The position numbers were made by a program, and so were the translations under genes. 27,446 nt of DNA from a virus (taxonomy: Duplodnaviria > Caudoviricetes), in IMG/VR virus record IMGVR_UViG_3300006105_000091, positions 1-27,446 of that record. One strand, 5' to 3'. Under the pieces are notes generated by a model. It had not been told where the DNA came from and did not search any database. It saw only the letters and a list, made by a program, of their open reading frames with translations. Below are positions 1-9,176 of the stretch, one piece after another (the stretch's first letter is position 1; each line of letters begins with the position of its first letter).

Positions 1-2037
1 AATGGCTTGCTCTGTCGTAACAGGTGATTCGGAGTTTGGTTTGGTTAAATTGCCTTCTTCCTCTTTTTCCTTTTCAGGAGCCAAAGGTTGAGTTGAAATT
101 GGAAATGTAGTCCCGGGCGCTGGCTCATTGTTATTTTGAGCAACGACTTGTGGTTCTGGTTCAATTGGCTTTGGTTCGACCGGAGCTTCTGCTGCTGGCG
201 CTTCTGGTGGAGCTTCAGTTGAAATTGGTGGTTGTATAGGTGCTTCAATAATAGGCGGAGCAACCGGAGGTTTTTCAGCTTCTAATACAGGTGGTGCAGC
301 TGGTGTTTCTGCTGAGACAGCAGCTTGCTGCATAGCTTCGAGCGGAGGTGTTCCAGTTTGGACAAGTTCAGTTGCTGCTTCAGAAGGCGCTTTTACACGC
401 ATAGTGTCTTGCAGATTTTGTATAGAACTTTTAGTTTCTGGTGTTTTAGGAGCAAGCGCTCCTTGGATAGCTGTGTTCAGTGTTTCTTGAAGATCAGCAA
501 TGTGTTCTGGGGATGCGTTGCTTACAATTTCTTCAGCAGCTTTTAAATCATTTGCTGGGATATTAGCCGCATTTGGATTGCTTGGATCGTTATAAGCATC
601 CAACAGTTTTTTAGCATTATCAATCTTTGTCAGCTCATCGATAGCTGATTGAACCTTTGGAGGAATATTAACAGGAGGAGCCTCAGGGACCGGAGGAGGA
701 GATGAAGCCCCCGGCCCCTGTGCCTCAACAGGTGAAACCGGGGAGGGCGGTTGCACTGGAGCTGTAGAAACTTTAGCATTAGGAGTAACAGGAGCGGCAG
801 GGCCACCCGGACCCGGTAGCAATGGTTGTGGTCCAGTTAACTGTGCTGGTCCGGGAGGAGTTCCGGGAGCATTCCCCGGCTTACCTGTTTGGCTTGAACG
901 CATAGACGCAAGCAATGCAACTGGAATACCCATTGCAGCACTTTGAGCAACCAGATCAGCCCACTCAGCCGCCGTCATTGGCGGTGCATCTTGCATCAAT
1001 GCTTTGCCATCAGGTCCAACAGCAACTTGATTAGTCTTCGGATCAATGACTGGAATCTTTTCCAAGTAACGCTGAGTTGCACCTTGGGCTACACCGATAC
1101 CAGTGCCAACTGCTAGGTCGCGGATAACTTGTCCAGCCGTTGTGCCACCGGGGATTGCACCCATTGCAGCATTAAATGCCCCTGAAACAGCCCCACTTTT
1201 GGTAGCTGCATCAATAATTTCATCTTTATTAGCGTTGTAAACTTTCTTAAATTGATCTGGTTTGTTTACATCACCACCACGCTTTACCGTTTCATCGATG
1301 ATTGATTGGGCATACGTTGAACCAGCGCCATACAACGCAGAAACAGCAGGACCACCAGCAACAGCTGCAACAACTTGTGGGGCGCTACTAACAACTCCAG
1401 CTGTTAATGATTCAGCCGCACCAAGTGGATCAGCCTCAATAGCTCCAATCGTTCCGTTTAACCATCCTTTAAACGTACCCGATTTAACTGCTGTTTTATA
1501 ATTTTTGCTAAATTCAGTTTTGGGTAGCGCCTCAATTTCGGATTGAGTTTTCCCTACTGCTGCTAACTCAGGGCCAAGATTCTCTGGCGCTCTAAATACT
1601 TTGTAGCCTTGCAATGTGCGTTTTAAATTATCAATCTTGTCATCATTAACGCCATTTTGGTTGCTGGCTTGAAGTTCATCAATACGCTTTTGAATTGCGT
1701 CCATTTGGCTGTTAGTCTGCAAACCTTTTGCAGCAGCTATTTTTTGGAAGCCTTCTTGGGCTTGCAATCCACCGGGGATGTCAGAAACCTGAAGATTTTC
1801 GAGAGCTTTAAAACCCGGAATTTGTTCAGCTACACCAAGAACTTTGTCTGCCCCAGCTTCAAGCGTAGGCATACCAGTTCCGGTAAAGATATTTGAACGA
1901 TCACCCGCATCAGCTGTCTGGCTTGGCTGTTGACCAAGATCAGATGGGCGTGGAGTTGGCGTTGGAAATGGAGTTATAGGATCATTTGCCCACCAGTTAT
2001 CCCCCTGAACTGGATCGCTCTCCCACCATTTAGCCAT
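1..2037 (-). CDS. Large putative internal virion / DNA-ejection protein, N-terminal part (runs off the left edge; absent from the ORF track)
   Basis: ATG at 2037 just after the 2049..2774 stop, with AGGT upstream. Manual translation gives 679 stop-free codons to position 1: MAKWWESDPVQGDNWWANDP..., an Ala/Gly-rich hydrophobic middle, then a Pro/Glu-rich linker (…PEAPAAEAPVEPKPIEPEP…). The position after the nozzle and smaller internal proteins is typical of the largest podovirus ejection protein. Confidence 0.8.
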   Translation of the reverse strand, partial: MAKWWESDPVQGDNWWANDPITPFPTPTPRPSDLGQQPSQTADAGDRSNIFTGTGMPTLEAGADKVLGVAEQIPGFKALENLQVSDIPGGLQAQEGFQKIAAAKGLQTNSQMDAIQKRIDELQASNQNGVNDDKIDNLKRTLQGYKVFRAPENLGPELAAVGKTQSEIEALPKTEFSKNYKTAVKSGTFKGWLNGTIGAIEADPLGAAESLTAGVVSSAPQVVAAVAGGPAVSALYGAGSTYAQSIIDETVKRGGDVNKPDQFKKVYNANKDEIIDAATKSGAVSGAFNAAMGAIPGGTTAGQVIRDLAVGTGIGVAQGATQRYLEKIPVIDPKTNQVAVGPDGKALMQDAPPMTAAEWADLVAQSAAMGIPVALLASMRSSQTGKPGNAPGTPPGPAQLTGPQPLLPGPGGPAAPVTPNAKVSTAPVQPPSPVSPVEAQGPGASSPPPVPEAPPVNIPPKVQSAIDELTKIDNAKKLLDAYNDPSNPNAANIPANDLKAAEEIVSNASPEHIADLQETLNTAIQGALAPKTPETKSSIQNLQDTMRVKAPSEAATELVQTGTPPLEAMQQAAVSAETPAAPPVLEAEKPPVAPPIIEAPIQPPISTEAPPEAPAAEAPVEPKPIEPEPQVVAQNNNEPAPGTTFPISTQPLAPEKEKEEEGNLTKPNSESPVTTEQAI

Positions 2038-2048
2038 TTAATTACCTA

Positions 2049-2774
2049 TTATGCTGGAGGTTTCCCGGATAAATCGGGCTTAACTCTTACTTGCCCATCA
2101 GGTCCAATATAAGCAGTACCCGGTGGTAAAGCATTATACTTGGCTTTGTCGCTTGCGCCAAGTGTTGGTAATACACCATTTCCAACCCCAGTACCACCAC
2201 CACCACCGCCGCCTTGAGGATTACCTTGAGCTTTTCCCTTGGGGGTCAATGCAAGATATTGGCTAGTTAAGTGCGCTTGATAAGCCTCAATTTCTGCATC
2301 ATCCACAAATGGCATACCAGTCGATGGATTAATTGTTTGACCGGGGACAGCGTTGTCTATTGCTTTCATTTGACCAGCAAGAAGGTTTCTTTGAATATTG
2401 GTACTATCACCTCCTAATGATCCATCAGCCTTTGCGCTATACATATCAGCACGGGCAGCATAAAGCGGAGCTTGCATATTTAACTCAGCATTACCTTTTT
2501 GAAGAGCTGCAATCTTTTCTAAAGCAGTCATCTGGGCTTGCTTCATTGCAGCAAGTGGAGAGGCTACTTGTCCAGCTGCATTACTAATGCTTTCCCCAAA
2601 CCCACCCGTTTTAGTTGGAGCAAGGAAACCTTGAGCCGCAGATAAATACAAAGGGTTAATGTTAGCAAAAACACCCTGAGGAGCATTTGATTTTGCTTGT
2701 CCTTGTAAAGCGCTAACTGCTTCTGCATTAGATGCGTTATAATTTTTCAACCAATCGGGCGTGTCATCAGCCAT
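2049..2774 (-). CDS. Putative internal virion / ejection protein
   Basis: 241 aa, Ala/Gln/Gly-rich. Contains 'GFLAPTKTGGFGESISNA' and ends in 'YNALPPGTAYIGPDGQVRVKP'. Tightly packed in the cluster downstream of the nozzle. Confidence 0.6.
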   Translation of the reverse strand: MADDTPDWLKNYNASNAEAVSALQGQAKSNAPQGVFANINPLYLSAAQGFLAPTKTGGFGESISNAAGQVASPLAAMKQAQMTALEKIAALQKGNAELNMQAPLYAARADMYSAKADGSLGGDSTNIQRNLLAGQMKAIDNAVPGQTINPSTGMPFVDDAEIEAYQAHLTSQYLALTPKGKAQGNPQGGGGGGGTGVGNGVLPTLGASDKAKYNALPPGTAYIGPDGQVRVKPDLSGKPPA

Positions 2775-2776
2775 GA

Positions 2777-3838
2777 TTATTTCCTCTTACGACCGCGTGT
2801 TGATCTGCGATTAGGGTTACGCTTTGCTTTTTCTGCATCTACCTCACCGCCTTCAGCAAACATATTAAATGCCTTACCAAGCGAAGCAGCACCAGCGATT
2901 TGCGACAATGGTGATGCTTGATAGGTATTTGCAGGACCAGTAGAGGACGTAGAAGTATCCGTCCCATATGGCAAGCCACGAATCAATGAGTTCATCATTG
3001 AAAGCTGCTGAGCTGGATACTGGCGCTGGTTCAAGAAGTCTTGATAAGCAAGGTCGTAGTTCTTTTGATCTTGGGTCTGTTGCGTCTGTCCGGTTGCTTC
3101 GAGCGCCGACAGATCGCGTAGCCCCATCGTTTGACCAAGCTGTGCCGTATTGCCCATTTGGTTTGCTGCTGCAATCTGCGTTTGAGCGCCCTGCGTTGCA
3201 AGGTTTCCGGCAGTTTGACCAAGACCGGCTTGACGAGCAAGATCGGTTTGAGCAGCAGTCATTGCCTGACCATAACCAGTATTGAGCGCGTTTGCCTGTG
3301 CGGCCAGTGCGCTTTCCTGCGTATCGCGGAGCGCATTACCCACTGCCGTCTGCATTGGAGCCGAGCCGAACTGACCAGCACGAATGAAGTTTGAGTTGAT
3401 CGCGGGCATCAAGTTTTCTTGAAGATTACGACCAGCCAGCTGACCAATACGGTTTACGACCGCATCATTGTAGGGGTTCATATACGAACCAACAACCTGT
3501 GGAGCCGATTGAGCTGCCGTATTCAAATAAGATTGAGCCGTCCCAAGTGGGTTAACATTACCAGCTTCGGTCGTGAGATTAAGCGCATTATTAATGTTAG
3601 GCTGATACTGCCCTTGCATGGCTTGAGTTCCAGCAAATGCCTGTTGCTGCGGCTGGGTAAAATCTGCAAGGCGCTGACCGCCATATGCTTGATATGGCTG
3701 GGCTGCTACGGCATTGGCTTTGCTCAAAAGACCCTGTGTGTAGTCCGACATAAACTGCGGAATACCCGTAGTTGAAGTGCCATAGGTCGTCGTCGATGGA
3801 GGCGGCGCACCTTGGAATAGAAAATCTAGAACGCCCAT
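2777..3838 (-). CDS. Putative DNA-ejection (pilot-like) internal virion protein
   Basis: 353 aa, Gln/Ala/Gly-rich and probably helical, with 'YMNPY', 'AGQFGS' and 'YQDFLNQRQYP' segments. Has FAEGG near the C-terminus followed by a basic tail. Its start shares one base with the upstream stop. Confidence 0.65.
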   Translation of the reverse strand: MGVLDFLFQGAPPPSTTTYGTSTTGIPQFMSDYTQGLLSKANAVAAQPYQAYGGQRLADFTQPQQQAFAGTQAMQGQYQPNINNALNLTTEAGNVNPLGTAQSYLNTAAQSAPQVVGSYMNPYNDAVVNRIGQLAGRNLQENLMPAINSNFIRAGQFGSAPMQTAVGNALRDTQESALAAQANALNTGYGQAMTAAQTDLARQAGLGQTAGNLATQGAQTQIAAANQMGNTAQLGQTMGLRDLSALEATGQTQQTQDQKNYDLAYQDFLNQRQYPAQQLSMMNSLIRGLPYGTDTSTSSTGPANTYQASPLSQIAGAASLGKAFNMFAEGGEVDAEKAKRNPNRRSTRGRKRK

Positions 3839-4929
3839 TATTTTGTTCCCCTTATATACGACAACGGAGCTTTAGCATTTGGAGCAAATTTGCCCTGCGA
3901 CAATGCCCCGCCTTTGTGTTTACGAATAGCTTCTCTCATCTGGTCGAGCTTTTTAGCGCCAGCATCTGACGAACCGTCTCCAAGCATCGAAACAGTCTGT
4001 GCGTCCATAACATACTCACCGTCAGATAGCTTGGCTGGTATGCTATCTGACGTTCCTGTGCCACCACCCTTAACGTAAGTTCCTTGCGCTGCGGTAACAG
4101 TTGGAAGTTGGTTGTCCTTAAAAAACTGCTGTTCTGGACCATAACCATAGCGTTTTGTAACTTCTGGATTAGTCTGAGGACGATCAAACGTAACGTCCGA
4201 TAATTTCTTTTTGTTTTGCTCACCAGCTTGACCAGCCATTTGAGCGTTAGATTGATTGCCACCACCGCCGCCGCCACTAGCGCCACCAATAGCAGCTGCT
4301 GCCAATAGGAGAGGAGCAGCTTTCATCAATGATGATGTTGCACTACTAGCACCAGCTGGTGAACTGCTTCCGCCGACAACGCCGCCAAAGCCGGAAAGGT
4401 TTGGACTAACTGCTGGAGTTGCTGCCGCTGCCTTTGCCGCTTCTGGATACATATTAAGCGCAGATAACGCTCCATTTGTTCCAGTTAATCCTAAAGCGCC
4501 AAGAACAGTTGGAGAAAGACCGCCGACAATTGCGCCAGTCCCCACATTGTTCCCTGTTAAAGCATTGATACCAGCGCCTGATAATGCGCCACCTAAAGCA
4601 GTAGTAATGCCAGATGGAAGGGCATTGCCTGTGATACTACCAATGGTATCACCAATTGCACCACCAATGCCCGGGGCAATAACATTCATTGCTGCCGGAA
4701 GAAGGTAATCCCAAAATGAAAACTCAGGCAATCCAGTTTTTGGATTAGTGCCGCCACCGAAATTCTTCTGAAGCCACTTAAATTCAATAGGATTAACGTG
4801 AACAAGCATGGTGTCGCCACCACGACCAGCGCCTTTTACGTCTTCTGCCTTTGAGGCTAAACCACCTTGGGCATACGGACGAGGAGGGGTAAAGTTAAGA
4901 GAAACTGGACGGAGATTTTGTGCCATCAT
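3838..4929 (-). CDS. Putative internal virion protein
   Basis: Start reassigned to ATG 4929 (ATGA overlap with the upstream stop, AGGTGA Shine-Dalgarno-like site). Motifs: YAQGG, GRGGDTMLVHVNP..NPKTGLPEF, Gly/Ala-rich hydrophobic stretches, and GGGTGTSDSIPAKLSDGEYV. Confidence 0.65.
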   Translation of the reverse strand: MMAQNLRPVSLNFTPPRPYAQGGLASKAEDVKGAGRGGDTMLVHVNPIEFKWLQKNFGGGTNPKTGLPEFSFWDYLLPAAMNVIAPGIGGAIGDTIGSITGNALPSGITTALGGALSGAGINALTGNNVGTGAIVGGLSPTVLGALGLTGTNGALSALNMYPEAAKAAAATPAVSPNLSGFGGVVGGSSSPAGASSATSSLMKAAPLLLAAAAIGGASGGGGGGNQSNAQMAGQAGEQNKKKLSDVTFDRPQTNPEVTKRYGYGPEQQFFKDNQLPTVTAAQGTYVKGGGTGTSDSIPAKLSDGEYVMDAQTVSMLGDGSSDAGAKKLDQMREAIRKHKGGALSQGKFAPNAKAPLSYIRGTK

Positions 4930-5156
4930 GGTATCACCTGTAAGAATCTCTCGGCCCAATCACGCCAATCTGTGTATTGATATGGAATTGGTGCAACGCT
5001 CTGCCACTTTTGATTGATAAGAATAACACCAGTTGCCCAATTTTGCCAGTTGTCAGGACTATCTAATTTCCCGACATCACCATAGGTATTGAGAACGGGT
5101 GTCATCTTGTCTGCCCATTCCATTACTTCCATGTTTCTTGGGTCAATACCAATCAC
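4926..5156 (-). CDS. Hypothetical Trp-rich small protein (likely virion-associated)
   Basis: 76 aa with ATGA overlaps on both sides. Several Trp residues (WQNWA, DWRDWAERF). Confidence 0.75.
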   Translation of the reverse strand: MIGIDPRNMEVMEWADKMTPVLNTYGDVGKLDSPDNWQNWATGVILINQKWQSVAPIPYQYTDWRDWAERFLQVIP

Positions 5157-6973
5157 GACTGCACGGCTCCCAGCAATGTACCGTCCGCTGGTTCAACGTG
5201 AGCCAAGCAAAGACCCATCTGATAATCACCATCAATCACATTGCTGCGAAACTTAAACCGCATTTCACGACGAATGGTTTTGAAAAACACTACCTGTTCA
5301 GGAGGAGATGTGATGCTTGGAACATCTGGGAACATCATTTCTTCAGATGTAATTTCAGCTGCACGGGCATTAGAGCGACCCGAAACCGATACCGTCATTG
5401 GCCCAGACTGCACAAAATCGGGTTCGATAAGGGTAATGCGAAGGCTTTTATTTTGCGATTGTTCAGCTGCGGCAACCGAAATGTCACTTGTTTCAAAGTA
5501 GCTATCAATCGGATTGATAAACGAACCGTTTAACTCATTGACACCATATTCATGCTGCCAGAGGCTATATCCGGTTAATGTTGCAACATTAATGGTAAAT
5601 CCGGTTCCTGTTCCGCCAATTAAAGCTGAAGATACGGTCAAAACATCGCCAACCGAATATCCAGTTCCTCCTGAAACAAGCGTTACGCTGGTAACGGTAT
5701 TGCCGGAAACGGTAACATTGACTGTAGCTCCCGACCCATTAATGCTCGATGAATTAATTGTAGCTACATTATAGTATGTGCCATTGGTGTAAGTTGAACC
5801 ACCGACAAGTGTACCAAGCGAAGATACGGCATTGTCGGTAGTTGTGCCTATCATCACCGGATACTGAAATACCCTAGCAAATTGACCATTACTCCGGCCA
5901 CCATTAGGTAGAACAGTGTCGTACCAAGTTTGTTCACGAACATTGTAAATGACAGCACGATCACACTCCGTTGAGCTTCCAGATGGGTAGCACCACCAAA
6001 TTTCACCAAACCGGGGAACCTTTGTTGCAAATACTTTTTGGCGTTGGGAATAATTCAAGTTGTCAAAGAAGAAGTTAAGATTGAGGTTATTGGGTACTTC
6101 TCTGACTACGCCGTTATATGACAAAAACCGATCCAAACCGCACCAATAATAAATGCCATCATACTCAATGACAGACTGGGACGATAAGATCGACGACATA
6201 TCCGAAATAGTATTGAAGGAAAATGTTGGGTTGGAGCCAGCTCCCGTGCTGCCGATAAACGACATAAGAATTACACTGTCTAAACTGAATAGTAGAGCAG
6301 ATGGTGAGTTGGTGGAACCGCCACGGGTAACAATACCGGCAACAATTTTCTGAGCCGTTACATAGGCTGCACCGCCGCCCGATGCCGTTGTCCAATCAGT
6401 AGGATCGCCGGGAGCAGACCAAGCAACATAACCATTGTTGCCATAAGCTACCAAGTACGGAGAAAGTGCCATAATGCCACCAGATACCGATGGGGATGTC
6501 CCACCTAGCGGCGACAAGGCTGTATTGACGGATATGTCTCCACCATAAATTTGGAAGTTAGATGAGCTGGCAATGTCATTAAGGTTCGTAGCAGCATGGG
6601 CAATTAAAGCTGTGCCAGCCGTTGCCGTATCAAAGATAGCATCAAGCGACCACATATTGTTGGCATTTACAACAAGGGCCGATGGTGTCCGGTCGTATAC
6701 CGCTGATCCAATGCCACTTGAATCGACAGTCATAGATTCAAGAAGCCCAGAACTACCAGATGTAGTATATAACAAATTATTCAATGGATATGTATACATA
6801 CCCCGAGATAAACCGCTGAAACCGCTAGTGATATGGCGGTATCCGCCCATCTTGCGAGGCAACCCGCGCTGAAACCGAACCCACTGCCCATCCACATAAA
6901 AGTCACCTTCAAACACGGTTCCATCGCGTTTGATACCGGGTTTAGATTGAATGTGAAGTGGGCGACTAGCCAT
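5153..6973 (-). CDS. Tail nozzle / packaged-DNA stabilisation protein (P22 gp10-like)
   Basis: 606 aa. N-terminal 'KPGIKRDGT..DGQWVRFQRGLPRKMGG', beta-propeller-like 'VAWSAPGDPTDW', 'FGEIWWCYPSGSSTECDRAVIYN', and C-terminal 'LIEPDFVQSG...REMRFKFRSN'. Lies between the adaptor and the ejection genes. Confidence 0.7.
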   Translation of the reverse strand: MASRPLHIQSKPGIKRDGTVFEGDFYVDGQWVRFQRGLPRKMGGYRHITSGFSGLSRGMYTYPLNNLLYTTSGSSGLLESMTVDSSGIGSAVYDRTPSALVVNANNMWSLDAIFDTATAGTALIAHAATNLNDIASSSNFQIYGGDISVNTALSPLGGTSPSVSGGIMALSPYLVAYGNNGYVAWSAPGDPTDWTTASGGGAAYVTAQKIVAGIVTRGGSTNSPSALLFSLDSVILMSFIGSTGAGSNPTFSFNTISDMSSILSSQSVIEYDGIYYWCGLDRFLSYNGVVREVPNNLNLNFFFDNLNYSQRQKVFATKVPRFGEIWWCYPSGSSTECDRAVIYNVREQTWYDTVLPNGGRSNGQFARVFQYPVMIGTTTDNAVSSLGTLVGGSTYTNGTYYNVATINSSSINGSGATVNVTVSGNTVTSVTLVSGGTGYSVGDVLTVSSALIGGTGTGFTINVATLTGYSLWQHEYGVNELNGSFINPIDSYFETSDISVAAAEQSQNKSLRITLIEPDFVQSGPMTVSVSGRSNARAAEITSEEMMFPDVPSITSPPEQVVFFKTIRREMRFKFRSNVIDGDYQMGLCLAHVEPADGTLLGAVQS

Positions 6974-8508
6974 TAGCCAAGGCTCACTGCATAAGCCAAA
7001 GCAATGCTATCAGTTTGGGACGTTGAATAAACCTCCAACGTAGCTCGTGCAGCAGCAGCTGTAATTGTTGCTACCGTGACACTAAACCCAGAACCAGTGC
7101 CACCAAGGTATGTATTGTTGACAGAAAGAATGTCACCAACGCCATACCCAATGCCGGGGTTATTAAGAGCAATGAGTGTAACAGACCCACCAAATACAAT
7201 CATATCTGCGGTCGCACCGGCTCCAGAACCGCCAGTGAGTGGGATATTAAAATAATTGCTGCTTACATAACCGCTACCACCAACCAAAGTGCTAAAGGTT
7301 GCAATAGATGCTGGAGTTGTAAAAAGAGCCTGACCAATTACTGTGCCGCCAAGATTGGTCAAGGCTTGAGTTGAAGTTGTAGACTGGAATACGGAAATAC
7401 CTGTTGATCCGCCGCCCAAATTAATTAAGGCTGCACCAGCAGTAGTTGCTCCAGTTCCACCATTAGCAACGGAAATTGGAGTTGAAATACCAGCAGTTGC
7501 TGCGTTTACAACATTGGTTCCATCGCAATAAAGAATAGCGCGTGAGTTTTGTGGAACAGCATATCCCGAACCAGATGCTGTTTTCACCGTTAATGAATAT
7601 GATCCAGTTGTCGAGTTATCTACCCAATACTGTTGGACAGTTGGAGGTACAATAATAACTCGATTACCCGTTAAAACACCCGTAAACCGATATGAAATCT
7701 TATTCTGCTCTGCCGTTGAAAGCGTATAGTTTCCTGATCCGGCTACAGCGATAGAGGTATAATTAAACGCAAAATTAACATTTTGACCAAAGCCAATTGT
7801 GTAATAGGCTGTTCCATCGCAAACAATAATACATGAATTTGTTGGAGGAATGTCTTTTGTCAGCCCACCGTCAATAAAATCACTACCGTTTGGATCAATT
7901 GTAAGAGTACCCGTTCCTTGGTTTCTAACGCTAATAAACCAATCATTACCGGCAGAGGACGCAATTGGTAAAGCAAGCGTCCCGATACCACCCGTCCAAA
8001 CAAGCAATTTAGAACGATCTGTATTTCCGGTTGTATAATTTGAGCTAAAAGATGTAACAGGTTGAGATTGATTAAGGGTCGAAGCAATTGCCTTGATGCC
8101 ATATCCAGCTAATGCACCAGCTGTCGCTGAAGATACGCCAGCACCATATTGAAGGACTTGCCATGCACCATTGGCTGATGTGTTATCAGTAACATAGACT
8201 TGCCAAAGAAGACCGGAGCTGACCGACATAATGGTGTTTCCACCAGCATCACAAACAGTAAAGGTTGCAGTCCCAACATTGTTGAATAAAATGGTTTGGC
8301 CCTGAGATGCCAAAGCTGCGGATGGCAAAAATATACTATGTCCAGCAACAGTGCAGTTAACGTCAATGATGCTCGCAGCAACATTGGTAGCCGGGACAGT
8401 CTCAAGCGGCCATTGAAGCACAACATCTTGGGTGCTTAGATCAACAGCAAAATACAAAACTTGACTTGGATAAATTGTAGAACCGCCAAATACTTCAGTG
8501 TAACTCAT
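6973..8508 (-). CDS. Tail structural / fibre-anchoring protein
   Basis: Likely start ATG 8508 (MSYTEVFGG), just after the upstream stop at 8510. Thr/Gly/Ser-rich, with repeated 'LP...G..I...N.G..T.T' beta modules, 'ISVANGGTGATT' and a C-terminal 'IALAYAVSLG'. Confidence 0.65.
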   Translation of the reverse strand: MSYTEVFGGSTIYPSQVLYFAVDLSTQDVVLQWPLETVPATNVAASIIDVNCTVAGHSIFLPSAALASQGQTILFNNVGTATFTVCDAGGNTIMSVSSGLLWQVYVTDNTSANGAWQVLQYGAGVSSATAGALAGYGIKAIASTLNQSQPVTSFSSNYTTGNTDRSKLLVWTGGIGTLALPIASSAGNDWFISVRNQGTGTLTIDPNGSDFIDGGLTKDIPPTNSCIIVCDGTAYYTIGFGQNVNFAFNYTSIAVAGSGNYTLSTAEQNKISYRFTGVLTGNRVIIVPPTVQQYWVDNSTTGSYSLTVKTASGSGYAVPQNSRAILYCDGTNVVNAATAGISTPISVANGGTGATTAGAALINLGGGSTGISVFQSTTSTQALTNLGGTVIGQALFTTPASIATFSTLVGGSGYVSSNYFNIPLTGGSGAGATADMIVFGGSVTLIALNNPGIGYGVGDILSVNNTYLGGTGSGFSVTVATITAAAARATLEVYSTSQTDSIALAYAVSLG

Positions 8509-8509
8509 A

Positions 8510-9172
8510 TCAAGCCTCGGCTCTGGTTGTGCTGCGGTCAACAATGCGCTTCAAATCTTCCTGATTGATCGCAGCGACAGCCTCGGAGTAAAACTGTTTC
8601 CAAACAGGGATACGCTCATCATTCTTTAAGAATGGCGTAGCTTCCAGTAGCGCACCGTAAAGAACCAATTGTGGAGCGTATTCAGTGATCCAGTTGGTTT
8701 GGTTTGAATCATTAAGTAATGCTGGAAGCTCGTAATACAGGATTTCAATTGGATAGTTTTGATCCGGAGTTGGGCAGATAATCCAATTGTTGTAGTTATA
8801 ATCAGCGTAAAATTTGGGTTGACCCGTTTGAGATTCATCAGGCCAATAGTTTCTGACGTACTCATAACTACGTGGAAAAATTGGAGTACGGGTAGCATTC
8901 CCCGTTCCAGTACCAAAGTTAAGCGAAATGGTTGTGCGCCAACGATCAGGCTTTGGATATACAGATACGCCAGCTTCAAGGCTTGTTGTTACCGCAACAA
9001 TAAAACCTTCAATCTTTAAATCAGCAATGATGCGGCGTTCAGCCAGCGTAATAAGGCGCGGTATTTGCTGATAGACAATTGGATCAACCGCAGCCGAAGC
9101 TCCGCGCTCCAGATAATTCTGGATGTCGGTTTGAAGCTCGTTGAAGGTCATTCCAGTCTGAGAGGTCGCCAT
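8510..9172 (-). CDS. Head-tail adaptor / tail tubular protein
   Basis: 220 aa. Helical N-terminus 'MTFNELQTDIQNYLER..LITLAERRI', beta core 'GQPKFYA...ICPTPDQNYPIEILYY', and 'LVLYGALLEATPFLKNDER'. Confidence 0.7.
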   Translation of the reverse strand: MATSQTGMTFNELQTDIQNYLERGASAAVDPIVYQQIPRLITLAERRIIADLKIEGFIVAVTTSLEAGVSVYPKPDRWRTTISLNFGTGTGNATRTPIFPRSYEYVRNYWPDESQTGQPKFYADYNYNNWIICPTPDQNYPIEILYYELPALLNDSNQTNWITEYAPQLVLYGALLEATPFLKNDERIPVWKQFYSEAVAAINQEDLKRIVDRSTTRAEA

Positions 9173-9176
9173 TTAC

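Noticed and set aside
45-263. 72-aa minus-strand ORF and other alternative-frame minus ORFs (e.g. 19794..20168, 22735..23121, 13994..14356)
   Set aside because: They are out-of-frame overlaps inside longer, better supported genes. 45..263 lies within the 1..2037 frame.
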